From an uncultured Candidatus Saccharibacteria bacterium (lineage in GTDB: Bacteria; Patescibacteriota; Minisyncoccia; Phycocordibacterales; UBA918), in contig CAYGJY010000001.1 of assembly GCA_964350645.1 (NCBI GenBank), positions 399,939 to 463,938 of the forward strand: DNA of 64,000 bases, written 5' to 3'. The notes under the pieces were generated by a model that was not told the origin of the DNA, did no database searches, and worked only from the letters and a program-made list of their open reading frames with translations. Positions 34,145 through 43,419 of this stretch are shown piece after piece. Numbering within the stretch: position 1 is the stretch's first letter; each line of letters starts with the position of its first letter. The translations under genes were made by a program, and so were the position numbers.

Positions 34145-36049
34145 TTAACCTGTCCAGTTGAAAAGGAGAATCGAGAAGTCGGTCAACGACACCGTGCCAT
34201 CGCCGTTAATATCAGCTGGTGGATCAGAATCTCCACCTGCCCCGCCCCACCAGAAAAGTAAAATTGAGAAGTCGATCAGGTTAACACTGCCATCTCGATT
34301 TAGGTCAGGACTTAATTGCTGATCAGCTTCTTGTCCGACACCATAGTACGTATAGTTTGAAAAGTTAGTAGAAACTCCGCCTGACTGTACTGCCCTAGCA
34401 CGTACTTTATAGGTACCCTGAGTAAACCCAGCTGTGCTAATAACCGTAGACCACGCTCCCGAGCTGTTTGAAGTTGTTGTAAATGATTTGAGTGATAGAG
34501 CGGTTTTGTCGTTTTGATTTTCAACCGTTATGGTTGCATCCGGGATCGCAAATCCACTCACCGTCACTTGCGAACCGATTTCTACTGGATCAGGTCGAAC
34601 TAATATAGTGGGCATCACGTTTACGTTGGAGAGACTTGAAGTACGAGCTCCTTGCACTGAAAAGGACGTGCTAAAAGTACTCGACTTAATATTATTATCA
34701 TCAGTTGCGTACACACCAAAGGTATAGACACCGCGAGCTATTTCATCAATTGTGGCCGTAAATTCACCCCTATTATTTGCTCGCACTGTCTCAGCAATCT
34801 GCCCGTCAACCAAAATAGTAACATCTGCACTCGGGAACGAATATCCGTTAATGATTACCCGTCCATCTCCGCTACGAAAAGGGGCATCAGTACTTTCAAA
34901 GCCTCCACCACCACCTGAAGATGAATTTGATCCAGATCCTCCTCCACCTCCACCGCCTGAACCACCACCACCTGAGGTACTTCCACTAGTGCTAGCATCA
35001 CCGTCACTACCGCCAGTTTGTCCACCACCGCCATCTCCACTACCACTACCATCATTACCGCTACCAGTTCCATCACCGTCTACGTCACCCTCAGTATTCG
35101 GATCACCTTCGGGCACATCAAGAATCGTAAACGAGATTTCATAGTCGTCGATGTTAATGTTCCCTTCATCATCACGGCAACGTACATAGTATGTATATGA
35201 TGTGTTATTTGCTAAGCCTACAATCAGTTGCACATGTACAATTGAACCAGTGGTTTGGAATGTATCAGTCATAGCTGTAAATTCAACTCCCGGAGTAAGA
35301 CTATACCGACAAGCGGCAAACTCATTAGTTTCTAGCGAGAGTTCAACTGACAACGTGGTACCTCCGACATTACCTGTAGGCGCTCCGTTAAAGCGCTCAG
35401 GAGGGATCTCCTCAGTCGTATCAATTGGTCCCAGCGTTACTTCGTCAACTAGCGCAATTACAAAATTTGCATAGGCTGCTTGTGCACCACCCCCAATAGT
35501 AATTCTTGGTTTGTGTGTACCGGTAGTTGAGGCGTTTAATATCCCGATATCTTGCCCTAATGTTGTTGTCCCCGTAGAGGTACTAAAGACTGTATTACCG
35601 TTTCCTGCCCCTGAAGTATTAGTCCCAATTAACAACTGAACCTGGTCGCCACTAGTAATGCCAGTAGATGGATTAAGCGTGTACCTAATGGCCCCAGGCG
35701 TACCCGGAGTAATCAATACTGTGTCAGTAGTAGCATTGCCAACTGCTGCTGCTGTGCGCGCTGCACCATTTACCAACACCTCAACATTTCTAGCAGAAAA
35801 TGAAGAGGTAGATACAATCGTAAAGCCTGGCGGGGGCGTGAATTCAATATAACCACCAGGTGCAATTGACGTATCAATAGTAAATTCTAAATTATGATTT
35901 GAGTAGTCACCGGGAGTCGAATCTGAGATTGTGTCTCGATACGAAGAAATATTAAGCGCCTGTGCGACTGAACTGCCAAGCATGAAAAGTATCCCGAACA
36001 CCAGGAATGGTAAAACTATTTTTGCAACTTGTGAGAATCTACTACTCAT
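34145..36049 (-). CDS. Secreted protein with Ig-like domains, an extreme Gly/Ser linker and a C-terminal type-I dockerin
   Basis: 634 aa with a signal peptide. The linker is GSGSGDGGGGQTGGSDGD...GGGGSGGGGGGGSGSNSSSGGGGG. The C-terminal DLNRDGSVNLIDFSILLFWWGGAGGDSDPPADINGDGTVSLTDFSILLFNWTG is nearly identical to the dockerin of 3684..4802. Confidence 0.7.
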   Translation of the reverse strand: MSSRFSQVAKIVLPFLVFGILFMLGSSVAQALNISSYRDTISDSTPGDYSNHNLEFTIDTSIAPGGYIEFTPPPGFTIVSTSSFSARNVEVLVNGAARTAAAVGNATTDTVLITPGTPGAIRYTLNPSTGITSGDQVQLLIGTNTSGAGNGNTVFSTSTGTTTLGQDIGILNASTTGTHKPRITIGGGAQAAYANFVIALVDEVTLGPIDTTEEIPPERFNGAPTGNVGGTTLSVELSLETNEFAACRYSLTPGVEFTAMTDTFQTTGSIVHVQLIVGLANNTSYTYYVRCRDDEGNINIDDYEISFTILDVPEGDPNTEGDVDGDGTGSGNDGSGSGDGGGGQTGGSDGDASTSGSTSGGGGSGGGGGGGSGSNSSSGGGGGFESTDAPFRSGDGRVIINGYSFPSADVTILVDGQIAETVRANNRGEFTATIDEIARGVYTFGVYATDDNNIKSSTFSTSFSVQGARTSSLSNVNVMPTILVRPDPVEIGSQVTVSGFAIPDATITVENQNDKTALSLKSFTTTSNSSGAWSTVISTAGFTQGTYKVRARAVQSGGVSTNFSNYTYYGVGQEADQQLSPDLNRDGSVNLIDFSILLFWWGGAGGDSDPPADINGDGTVSLTDFSILLFNWTG

Positions 36050-36054
36050 ACTCT

Positions 36055-36855
36055 TTATTGTACACAGCGAAAGCCAATCGCTGCACCCTGCATCGTTGGT
36101 AACGTAGCAGCGTGCACGCTATGCACCCCTGCATCATTACCACTACCATAAAACCCGCCACGCATCATAGCGAATGCCCCCTCCGCTTCAGACCAGACGT
36201 AATCTGCAAAAAATTGTTCAACCGGGGTACTGCTACTCATCGTTGCTACCCCGCCACGATCAACCTGACTTACGTATCCACTGTCTGGCAGCAGTCGGCC
36301 ATTATAAACACCGTCAAAAATATCGTCGTGGGTCCACTCCCACACATTACCGATCGCATCATAAGCCCCGATAGCCGAGCGGCACCCATCTGAACTACCG
36401 GTTTCAGCGATCGATCGAGTATCAGTGTTGCAAACGTCTGTATCAGGTGTACCAACTGCAAGTAACTGCCATTCTTCACTTGTTGGCAAGCGCTTTCCGG
36501 CTCGAACACACGCCAATTGGGCTGATTCACGATCAACATGGCGCCAAGGCTCTACTTCTGCTTTTGAGTCAGCCCAACAGGCGGTGTCGGTCAAATTTTT
36601 CTGGGTATCAAATTGGTTCATTGGTTGCACAACAGGGCATTCTTCATTGGGAGAAGCTTCATACTGGTCTACACACCGAAAGGTAGTAGCGGCCGGAACC
36701 GTCAGCATGCCTGCTGGGCAGGTTCCGGCCGTACTCCCCGCCAGCTGTCCTAGCAACGTGCCGCTCGTGCCTTGCAGGGTATCAGCCGCATCAATTCCAA
36801 GCGCAGTAATCACCACCGCACCAAAAATAACGCCCCCGGCTTTAAGCCATTTCAT
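36055..36855 (-). CDS. FGE-sulfatase (SUMF1/C-type-lectin fold) domain protein with N-terminal TM/signal; paralog 1 of 3
   Basis: 266 aa. The key motifs are CPAGMLTVPAATTFRCVDQYEAS, GNVWEWTHDD and RGGFYGSGNDAG...GFRCVQ. Confidence 0.75.
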   Translation of the reverse strand: MKWLKAGGVIFGAVVITALGIDAADTLQGTSGTLLGQLAGSTAGTCPAGMLTVPAATTFRCVDQYEASPNEECPVVQPMNQFDTQKNLTDTACWADSKAEVEPWRHVDRESAQLACVRAGKRLPTSEEWQLLAVGTPDTDVCNTDTRSIAETGSSDGCRSAIGAYDAIGNVWEWTHDDIFDGVYNGRLLPDSGYVSQVDRGGVATMSSSTPVEQFFADYVWSEAEGAFAMMRGGFYGSGNDAGVHSVHAATLPTMQGAAIGFRCVQ

Positions 36856-36900
36856 AGCTTTATTATACGCGCTGTAAACTAAGAAATAGTGAGTATTCCC

Positions 36901-37776
36901 CTAATGTAGCAGAGCTAAGGCTGCGATGGATAATATGATGGCCGTTACTTTTCGTGCGTTCCAGTGTTCGTTGTAGAAAATGATGGAAAGGATGATAGGG
37001 ATGAGGATGTAAAGCGAATTTATGGTGTACACAATGCCGAGTGGGCCTCCATGACCATACGCGTACACTCCGCTACCGACACCGATACTAATACTGACAG
37101 CACGCCAAGAAATGAACCACATATACGACCGTGTGAAAATTTCTGCCGATACAATCGTTTTTTTCTTTATAAAAGCTGCGACGCCAGAACCCACCAGAAC
37201 CCCAGCCTGCATACATAACAAAACCCAAAACACCACATCACCCAAACCAGTGGCATACTTCTGTAATACAGCTGCCATCGTCGTTAGAACTGCAGTTACC
37301 CCAATTAATACTAACCCGAGACGCAAATTTGTCTGCCGGCTATTTTCAGCTGCTGAGATCAGCAATAATGGCACAATCAAACTGAGGATTAGCCCGACCC
37401 ATTCAATATTCGTAAAGGATTCTTGAAATAAAACAATTCCAAAAATAACTGCCAAGAATGGCGACGCCACTTTAAAAAGAGGAAAATAAATAGACGAATC
37501 AATACTTCGAAGGGCTGCAATTTTTAGAGTTGCCGAGATAGATATAATTAGTCCAGATAAAAAAGAGACAGCTGTCACTACAGGTGTCAGCACAGCAATT
37601 CCATCTACAACAAAAGCCAATGGCACAAAAATTATCAGTGTCAAAATACTCGATGTAAAGACAAGCGCTGACGAATGATAATTACGGTGGGCCGCTACTT
37701 TTATAGAAAAAGCACCAATCCCACCAAACAAAGCTGAGGAAAGCGCTGCTACAAACCACAATTCCATCCCAAACAT
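36901..37776 (-). CDS. EamA/DMT-superfamily 10-TM transporter, tandem copy 1
   Basis: 291 aa and all-TM. It starts MFGMELWF and ends ILSIIFYNEHWNARKVTAIILSIAALALLH, like copies 2 and 3. Confidence 0.75.
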   Translation of the reverse strand: MFGMELWFVAALSSALFGGIGAFSIKVAAHRNYHSSALVFTSSILTLIIFVPLAFVVDGIAVLTPVVTAVSFLSGLIISISATLKIAALRSIDSSIYFPLFKVASPFLAVIFGIVLFQESFTNIEWVGLILSLIVPLLLISAAENSRQTNLRLGLVLIGVTAVLTTMAAVLQKYATGLGDVVFWVLLCMQAGVLVGSGVAAFIKKKTIVSAEIFTRSYMWFISWRAVSISIGVGSGVYAYGHGGPLGIVYTINSLYILIPIILSIIFYNEHWNARKVTAIILSIAALALLH

Positions 37777-37782
37777 ATCCGT

Positions 37783-38664
37783 CTAGTGTAGCAGACCCAG
37801 CGCTGCGATGGATAATACAATAGCGGCTACTTTGCGGGCGTTCCAGTGTTCGTTGTAGAAGATAATTGAAAGCACAATTGGGATGAGGATGTAGAGTGAC
37901 TGGATAGTATAGACAATCCCAAATGGACCATACAAAAATGCAAAAAAGAGAGCCCCTACTCCGCCAGCATTAAACAGACCCATGAACAGAGAGAAACCAA
38001 CAAAGCTAGGGGTGATACTAACTAATACAGAACCATCAAGCTTTGACCTATTTTTATAAATAGTAAGAACTGTGGCGCCAATTGCTGTAGCCAGCGTAGC
38101 TACGGCAGTAAACAACCAAACATTACTTACTGCGTCGACACCAAATTTTGAAATTGCAGCTACTATCAAGGCAACGAGCGAAGCCAGTACTAAGAGTTGC
38201 AGTCCACGAATCAGGTTTTTCTGTCGCGACTGTTCCGCATTTGTGACAAGAAATAGTGGGACCAGGATGCTGATACCAAGTCCAATAACTTCAGTTGTTG
38301 TAAAGCGTTCACCCAACCACAAAATCCCAAATAAAACTGCCAGCAACGGCGTCAATGTTTTGTAGATTGGGTAAAAAATTGCGGTATCAATACACTGCAG
38401 CCCCTTATGCCTAATCATGTTACCAATCAAATATAGTAAACCTGAGGCCAGGGCATATAAAAAAAGTTCGAGTGTAAAACCACTATAATCAGACCAGAAG
38501 AAAGTAGCTACAAACAAGAGCAGTGCCGAGAAATACATCGGCACAGTGTTTACGAGCACAACATCATAATCTCTTTCTACTCCAACTTTTACAAGAAAAA
38601 CAAACAATCCGCCGGAAATAGCGGAGATAATAGTGAGAACAAACCACAATTCCATCCCAAACAT
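37783..38664 (-). CDS. EamA/DMT-superfamily transporter, tandem copy 2
   Basis: 293 aa with MFGMELWF...ILSIIFYNEHWNARKVAAIVLSIAALGLLH. It starts 6 bp after the stop of copy 3. Confidence 0.75.
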   Translation of the reverse strand: MFGMELWFVLTIISAISGGLFVFLVKVGVERDYDVVLVNTVPMYFSALLLFVATFFWSDYSGFTLELFLYALASGLLYLIGNMIRHKGLQCIDTAIFYPIYKTLTPLLAVLFGILWLGERFTTTEVIGLGISILVPLFLVTNAEQSRQKNLIRGLQLLVLASLVALIVAAISKFGVDAVSNVWLFTAVATLATAIGATVLTIYKNRSKLDGSVLVSITPSFVGFSLFMGLFNAGGVGALFFAFLYGPFGIVYTIQSLYILIPIVLSIIFYNEHWNARKVAAIVLSIAALGLLH

Positions 38665-38670
38665 ATTTGC

Positions 38671-39546
38671 TTAGTGTAACAGACCTAACGCCGCGATGGA
38701 TAATATTATGGCTGCTATTTTGCGGGCGTTCCAGTGTTCGTTGTAGAAAATGATGGAGAGGATGATTGGAATGAGGATGTAGAGGGAGTTGATAGTATAA
38801 ACAATGCCAAGTGGGCCGTCGGCAATAGCAAACACCAAGGTCGCAAAGCCAGTTACTTGGAATAAAGACATCCAGGCAATCAGCGTAAGAAACTCTGTGT
38901 TTTTTAATTTTTGTAATCGAACTATCAATGGTTGTTTTGTTTTCTGAATCAGCAAAATTGTCATCCCTGCCACAGCTACACCCAGATCAGTTAAGAAAAT
39001 AAATAACCACGTATTTTCAGTGCCACCAGTGCCATATTTAATACTAATGGTCGCAATCACTGCCAAAAATGCAGCTCCGAGGAGTAATCGAAGACCACGC
39101 ACTAAATCTCTTTGTCTTGATTTTTCAGCTTTAGAAATAAGTAATAATGGAACTAATAAACTTAGCACTAAGCCTATCCATTCAATAGGAGTAAAAGTTT
39201 CAGCAAACAAAAAGATACCAGCAATAATGGTCAAAGCGGGTGTAATCGTTTTATAAATTGGGTAATAAATAGCCGTATCTATACACTGCATAGCATTATG
39301 GCGCAGTATATTTACCCACATGTAACTTACTGAATTGACGATTGCCACCACAAGCATCAGTCGACTAAAACCAGTAAAATCGCTAAATATCAATGTGGCA
39401 AAGAAAAATAATATTGCAGAAGCGGTCAGTGAGGCTGTGCTCATCAAAACTACATCATAATTGCGTTCAGCAGCAATCTTGGTAATAAAAATAAACAAAC
39501 CGCCCAAGATGGCGGAAAGCACGGAAAGTAAAAACCATAATTCCAT
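38671..39546 (-). CDS. EamA/DMT-superfamily transporter, tandem copy 3
   Basis: The ORF-track start is 39627, but the ATG at 39546 gives MELWFLLSV, matching the paralog N-termini and avoiding overlap with the divergent Ham1 gene. It ends ...ILSIIFYNEHWNARKIAAIILSIAALGLLH. Confidence 0.7.
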   Translation of the reverse strand: MELWFLLSVLSAILGGLFIFITKIAAERNYDVVLMSTASLTASAILFFFATLIFSDFTGFSRLMLVVAIVNSVSYMWVNILRHNAMQCIDTAIYYPIYKTITPALTIIAGIFLFAETFTPIEWIGLVLSLLVPLLLISKAEKSRQRDLVRGLRLLLGAAFLAVIATISIKYGTGGTENTWLFIFLTDLGVAVAGMTILLIQKTKQPLIVRLQKLKNTEFLTLIAWMSLFQVTGFATLVFAIADGPLGIVYTINSLYILIPIILSIIFYNEHWNARKIAAIILSIAALGLLH

Positions 39547-39586
39547 AGAAAGAGTATAACTGAAAATTGCTTGATATACTGTAGTT

Positions 39587-40171
39587 ATGAACTGCACGTA
39601 TATCACTGGTAACCCTGAGAAAGCCAAGCGCTTCAGCAGACACCTCGGTATGGAGTTGGCACATCAAGCGCTTGATATCCCTGAGATTCAGTCGCTGTCG
39701 ATTGATGAGGTGGTGGAAGCGAAAGCGCGAAGCGCCTTCGCTTCCCTAGGCTCACCGGTAATTGTTGAGGACACCGCCCTCACCTTCACTGCTCTAGGTC
39801 AGCTCCCTGGCACATTTATTAAGTTCTTTTTAGACTCAATGTCTATCGAGGAAATCACACAGCTAGTCCCAGCAGATAATCGAACTGCCTACTGTGAAGT
39901 AGCTATTGCGTATTACGACGGTGACCGTCTAGAGGTTGCAAAAAGTCATGTTCCTGGAACAATCGCGGAAGCACCCCGAGGAACTGGTGGCTTCGGCTGG
40001 GATGCAATCTTTATTACCGACGAACATCCTCATCAGACCATGGCTGAACTCTCAGAAACTGAGTATGAAACCATATATGCCAAAACGATAAAACCGTTTA
40101 CCGCCCTACGCAAAATATTAGATTCACTGTCTAAAGATCAAATACACAGCGAAAACCAATTGCACCACTAG
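39587..40171 (+). CDS. Non-canonical purine NTP pyrophosphatase (Ham1/RdgB/ITPase family)
   Basis: 194 aa. MNCTYITGNPEKAKRF matches the family start (ATGN.gK). VEDTALTFTALGQLPGTFIKF matches DDSGL.v.ALgG.PG.YSARf. EAPRGTGGFGWDAIFI matches EP.GTGGFGYDPIF. This is the only clear plus-strand gene inside the array, and its 3' end overlaps 40131..40952 by 41 bp. Confidence 0.75.
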   Translation: MNCTYITGNPEKAKRFSRHLGMELAHQALDIPEIQSLSIDEVVEAKARSAFASLGSPVIVEDTALTFTALGQLPGTFIKFFLDSMSIEEITQLVPADNRTAYCEVAIAYYDGDRLEVAKSHVPGTIAEAPRGTGGFGWDAIFITDEHPHQTMAELSETEYETIYAKTIKPFTALRKILDSLSKDQIHSENQLHH

Positions 40172-40952
40172 AAAACGACGGGCTTGTCTTCAAGTGGGCA
40201 CTATATATACCAGCATCTTCCCCACTTCCGTAAAATCCACCGCGCAGTAGGGTGTAATTACCTACTTGGTCAGACCAGAAATAATCATTGTTATAGAGAT
40301 CATTTGGTGTATCACTGGTAGCAGCAGCGATGCCAGTCATATCAGCCTCAGTGACGTAACCTTGCTGAGGCACTGGTCGAGCGTTATATGTGCCTTCAGA
40401 TATTTCTTCATCTACCCATTCCCAGGCATTACCAATCATGTCGTACACCCCTCTAGCTGAGATACACGTTACCCCATTACCAGCTACTTGTAATGAACCA
40501 TTGCCAATGTTGCAGGCGTCTGTATCGGGAGTACCTAGGGCGGCTTCATACCACTCAAGACTTGTCGGCAACCGCATTTCTCTTGCAGCACATAGTTCTT
40601 TAGCTTGATGAAAGGTGACCTGTACCCACGGCAACTGCTTAGGGACTGACTCTGCCCAGCAATCTTCAGACCCAAGATTTAACTTAGTATCCAAAGCAGA
40701 ATTTGGGATTTGCATTGGACAATCTATATATGGACTAACTTCATACTGATCAATACAAAAATATCTTTCACCCAAGCTCACTTCTGCCATTCCTTCTGGA
40801 CAGGTGGCCTTAATACTATTTTGTACTAGACTGCTCAAGGCTGAATTTGAGCCGCGCAGTGCATCAGTCGCATCAATACCAAGACTGGTAAGAACAACGA
40901 TGCCAACAGTCACTAACAAAAAGCGTAGCGAGTTTTTAATAACCTTCCCCAT
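40131..40952 (-). CDS. FGE-sulfatase/C-type-lectin-fold domain protein with N-terminal TM; paralog 2
   Basis: 273 aa with CPEGMAEVSLGERYFCIDQYEVS, GNAWEWVDEE and RGGFYGSGEDAG...GFRCVFDL. Confidence 0.75.
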   Translation of the reverse strand: MGKVIKNSLRFLLVTVGIVVLTSLGIDATDALRGSNSALSSLVQNSIKATCPEGMAEVSLGERYFCIDQYEVSPYIDCPMQIPNSALDTKLNLGSEDCWAESVPKQLPWVQVTFHQAKELCAAREMRLPTSLEWYEAALGTPDTDACNIGNGSLQVAGNGVTCISARGVYDMIGNAWEWVDEEISEGTYNARPVPQQGYVTEADMTGIAAATSDTPNDLYNNDYFWSDQVGNYTLLRGGFYGSGEDAGIYSAHLKTSPSFSSGAIGFRCVFDL

Positions 40953-40983
40953 GTACGTACAGTATAGCTAACCTAAACTCATC

Positions 40984-41793
40984 TTAGATATCTTGTACAC
41001 AGCGGAAACCCACTCCTGCAGTTTTAAAGTTGAGGTCGACAGCGGCGTTTAAGGTAAACAGTCCAGCATCCGCCTGACTACCATAAAAACCACCACGCAG
41101 AATTCCACGAACCCCATTATCACTCGTCCAAGCGTAATCTTCACCATATTCTGCAGCTGGCAAGGGTGCTGTTTCTAACACCACTCCATTTGTATCCACT
41201 AAGGATACATAGCCTGAAGATGGGAGGTCTCGGTTTTCATACTGACCATCAATCACCTGACCGTCTACCCATTCCCAGACATTGCCTACCATGTCGTGAA
41301 TACCTGAAGGTGTTTCACATTCGCTAGCACCGGTTAATTGCACATCATCTTCGGTGAGACCTATCGCACACTGACTGACATCACTCATACCTAGCACTGC
41401 TTTATACCATTCTTCGTTACTTGGTAATCGTTTACCTGACCGTGCGCACAGTTGTTGTGCCTGTGTAACACTGACAAAGCGCCACGGTGTCACTCCAGCC
41501 GCAGACTGCGACGTACACGTTACATCAGTGAGATTTCTCAGTGTATCGATTTCATTCTGTGGGTCATTCACAACGCAACTCGGCGCTGGACTTGCTTCAT
41601 ACGTATCTACACATAAAGCGTGATCACCAAGCTGTAAGATCACTGCCGAATCACCACAAATGCCGCCACTTTGATTCACTAAACCGACTAAATTTCCATC
41701 AAGCCCCCGCAACACATCACTTGCGTTTATTGCTAACGTAGAAAATCCAATTGCTCCTACTACAACGAGAACCGATTTAAGCCGGCGATTCAT
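40984..41793 (-). CDS. FGE-sulfatase/C-type-lectin-fold domain protein with N-terminal TM; paralog 3
   Basis: 269 aa with ALCVDTYEASP, GNVWEWVDGQ and RGGFYGSQADAG...GFRCVQDI. Confidence 0.75.
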   Translation of the reverse strand: MNRRLKSVLVVVGAIGFSTLAINASDVLRGLDGNLVGLVNQSGGICGDSAVILQLGDHALCVDTYEASPAPSCVVNDPQNEIDTLRNLTDVTCTSQSAAGVTPWRFVSVTQAQQLCARSGKRLPSNEEWYKAVLGMSDVSQCAIGLTEDDVQLTGASECETPSGIHDMVGNVWEWVDGQVIDGQYENRDLPSSGYVSLVDTNGVVLETAPLPAAEYGEDYAWTSDNGVRGILRGGFYGSQADAGLFTLNAAVDLNFKTAGVGFRCVQDI

Positions 41794-42205
41794 CTTGGGG
41801 TAGATATGTTAAACGTCGATAGCGAGCAAAATCAAGTGCGTAATTGAGCACCAACATCACTACTATGATAAACAACACGAGACTCAAAATATATGTAGAA
41901 AGCTCATTTGATTGACCTCCAACTTCGCCACCACCAAGACCAACGTTCATCTCACGACTCGATAGCGCGGCTTCTCTGGCATCAAGATCACGCTGACGCT
42001 CTGTGAGCTGGGCGGTAAGGGTATTAAGTTCAGTTGGTGCTACTTGGGCCCCAACCCCAACCACGTTCGCCACATACAGTTGTGTCCCCTGCGAGAGCTG
42101 CTTGGTTAAAGGTGAAAGAAGACCACTGTCAAACAAGAGTACCAGAGCCAGAGTCAGAGCCGATATTCGCAAAAGCATATGATACGTAGTGTATTGCATC
42201 ATCAT
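41777..42205 (-). CDS. Small membrane protein with central coiled-coil (hypothetical)
   Basis: 142 aa with N- and C-terminal hydrophobic helices and an LTAQLTERQRDLDAREAALSSRE segment. It overlaps the downstream FGE gene start by 17 bp. Confidence 0.5.
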   Translation of the reverse strand: MMMQYTTYHMLLRISALTLALVLLFDSGLLSPLTKQLSQGTQLYVANVVGVGAQVAPTELNTLTAQLTERQRDLDAREAALSSREMNVGLGGGEVGGQSNELSTYILSLVLFIIVVMLVLNYALDFARYRRLTYLPQDESPA

Positions 42206-42223
42206 ACTTCTATACTATCAAGC

Positions 42224-43321
42224 TTATGCAAACAGAGCGAGTAAAATAATCAAGAACACTGCCGTAACTCCAAGCATCACTACCATCACGAGGAGTAATG
42301 TTGATGTACCGCCTGGTCGTTGTCGTTTTCTTTGAACTAACCGACGTCCGCCCGACATGGTTGCAACTGTTCGCCTGACATACATCCTGATCATGACATA
42401 GGTTGCTAACAACAGTATTCCGAGGATAATCAGTGCCGGGGTAATAATATTCATTGGCAAAATCCAAAATGATACAGTGCTTGAGATAGTAGCTTGACGA
42501 CCCGGCACGCCATAAACCATAGATAACACTGCCTCATAGCGACCAAATCCAAGACCGTCATCCTTCCAGGAAATTGAAAAATCTCGCTTGGTGAACGGGA
42601 ACACGCCGCCCTGTGAATCATTAATACTCAAATTAGCCACTCGCTCACCAAACATATTATAGATTTCTATCGGACCATACGGTCTGATCAAGACATTTCC
42701 TTTGTTTTCTACTTCAGCCATAAAATCTACGTTGGTACTACCGTAGATGAATTTATCAGTCCTAAATGAACGTATAATCGCAGATTCTTGAACTTCACCT
42801 GAAATCCGAATGCTGACAATGTTTGCTACTTCATACCCAACACTGGCACCAATCTGTCGTAGTTTAGGTGGCTGCATCGAAACAAAAATCCCTCCAAAGT
42901 GACTCCCTGGTGTAGCCGACTCGGGTACATTGATAGTAACTGGAATCGTCTGTTGCTCTTGTGGTTCGAGCGTTACTTCAGACAATGCAATATCAAGCCA
43001 TTCTGTTAATTCAAAACCAGTTTTTTCCTTGCCTGGCTCTGCATAGACTGGTGTACCACCGTCACGCACGGTTACAATGTCACGTTTGAATAGATAATAA
43101 GTTTGTACCTCAGTACTTAAGTTTGTGAGAGTTATCGAACGTTCTAAGACATCACCCGGATCAGCCCCTTCTTCTATCAATGACGGCTGCAATCCAATAC
43201 CTGATGTTGCCTGTGCATTAACTACAGTTGGTAATAAAAACAAAAAAAGTGCACAGCACAGTACAAGACGTTGTAAAAATGTCATAACAAAAATTACTGG
43301 TTTACCAAATTGTACCATCAT
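42224..43321 (-). CDS. Signal-peptide β-sandwich protein with C-terminal TM anchor(s); DUF916/CscA-like, paralog of 4806..5744
   Basis: 365 aa; the likely true start is the internal MTFLQRLVLCCALFLFLLPTVVNAQA. ERSITLTNLSTEVQTYYLF resembles the DUF916 core L.v.L.N.s.......v. The C-terminus has a TM, an RRLVQRKRQR stretch, then a second TM. Confidence 0.5.
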   Translation of the reverse strand: MMVQFGKPVIFVMTFLQRLVLCCALFLFLLPTVVNAQATSGIGLQPSLIEEGADPGDVLERSITLTNLSTEVQTYYLFKRDIVTVRDGGTPVYAEPGKEKTGFELTEWLDIALSEVTLEPQEQQTIPVTINVPESATPGSHFGGIFVSMQPPKLRQIGASVGYEVANIVSIRISGEVQESAIIRSFRTDKFIYGSTNVDFMAEVENKGNVLIRPYGPIEIYNMFGERVANLSINDSQGGVFPFTKRDFSISWKDDGLGFGRYEAVLSMVYGVPGRQATISSTVSFWILPMNIITPALIILGILLLATYVMIRMYVRRTVATMSGGRRLVQRKRQRPGGTSTLLLVMVVMLGVTAVFLIILLALFA

Positions 43322-43374
43322 TCAAAACCATCAAAACAAACTGATGTACATAAGCGTAAATACACTAACACAAC

Positions 43375-43400
43375 AAAAAAATCCCTTTCGGGATTTTTTT
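43375..43400 (-). terminator. Rho-independent terminator hairpin downstream of 43420..44568
   Basis: AAAAAAATCCC-tttc-GGGATTTTTTT is a perfect 11-bp stem with A/T tracts on both sides. It is near-identical to the hairpin at 49717..49740. Confidence 0.7.
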
Positions 43401-43419
43401 GCAACTTTCAAGTGGTTAT

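Larger units (their letters stand above)
36901..39627 (-). repeat. Tandem triplication of a DMT transporter gene with nucleotide-conserved 5' and 3' gene ends and diverged middles
   Basis: Stretches of about 100 nt at 36901-37010, 37783-37890 and 38671-38780 align base by base (…gcgatggataata…gcgttccagtgttcgttgtagaaaatgatgga…gatgaggatgta…). The 5' ends aaccacaattccatcccaaacatat recur at 37754-37778 and 38643-38667. Confidence 0.8.

Noticed and set aside
36055-41793. Complete diversity-generating retroelement (RT + template repeat + variable region)
   Set aside because: No reverse-transcriptase-like ORF (no YxDD motif protein) and no near-identical repeat of any FGE-gene 3' end anywhere in the window. 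Only the target-like proteins are present, so a DGR cannot be called here.
42210-42467. 85-aa minus-strand ORF overlapping the 3' end of 42224..43321
   Set aside because: It is in an alternative frame of a well-supported longer gene and has no independent support.
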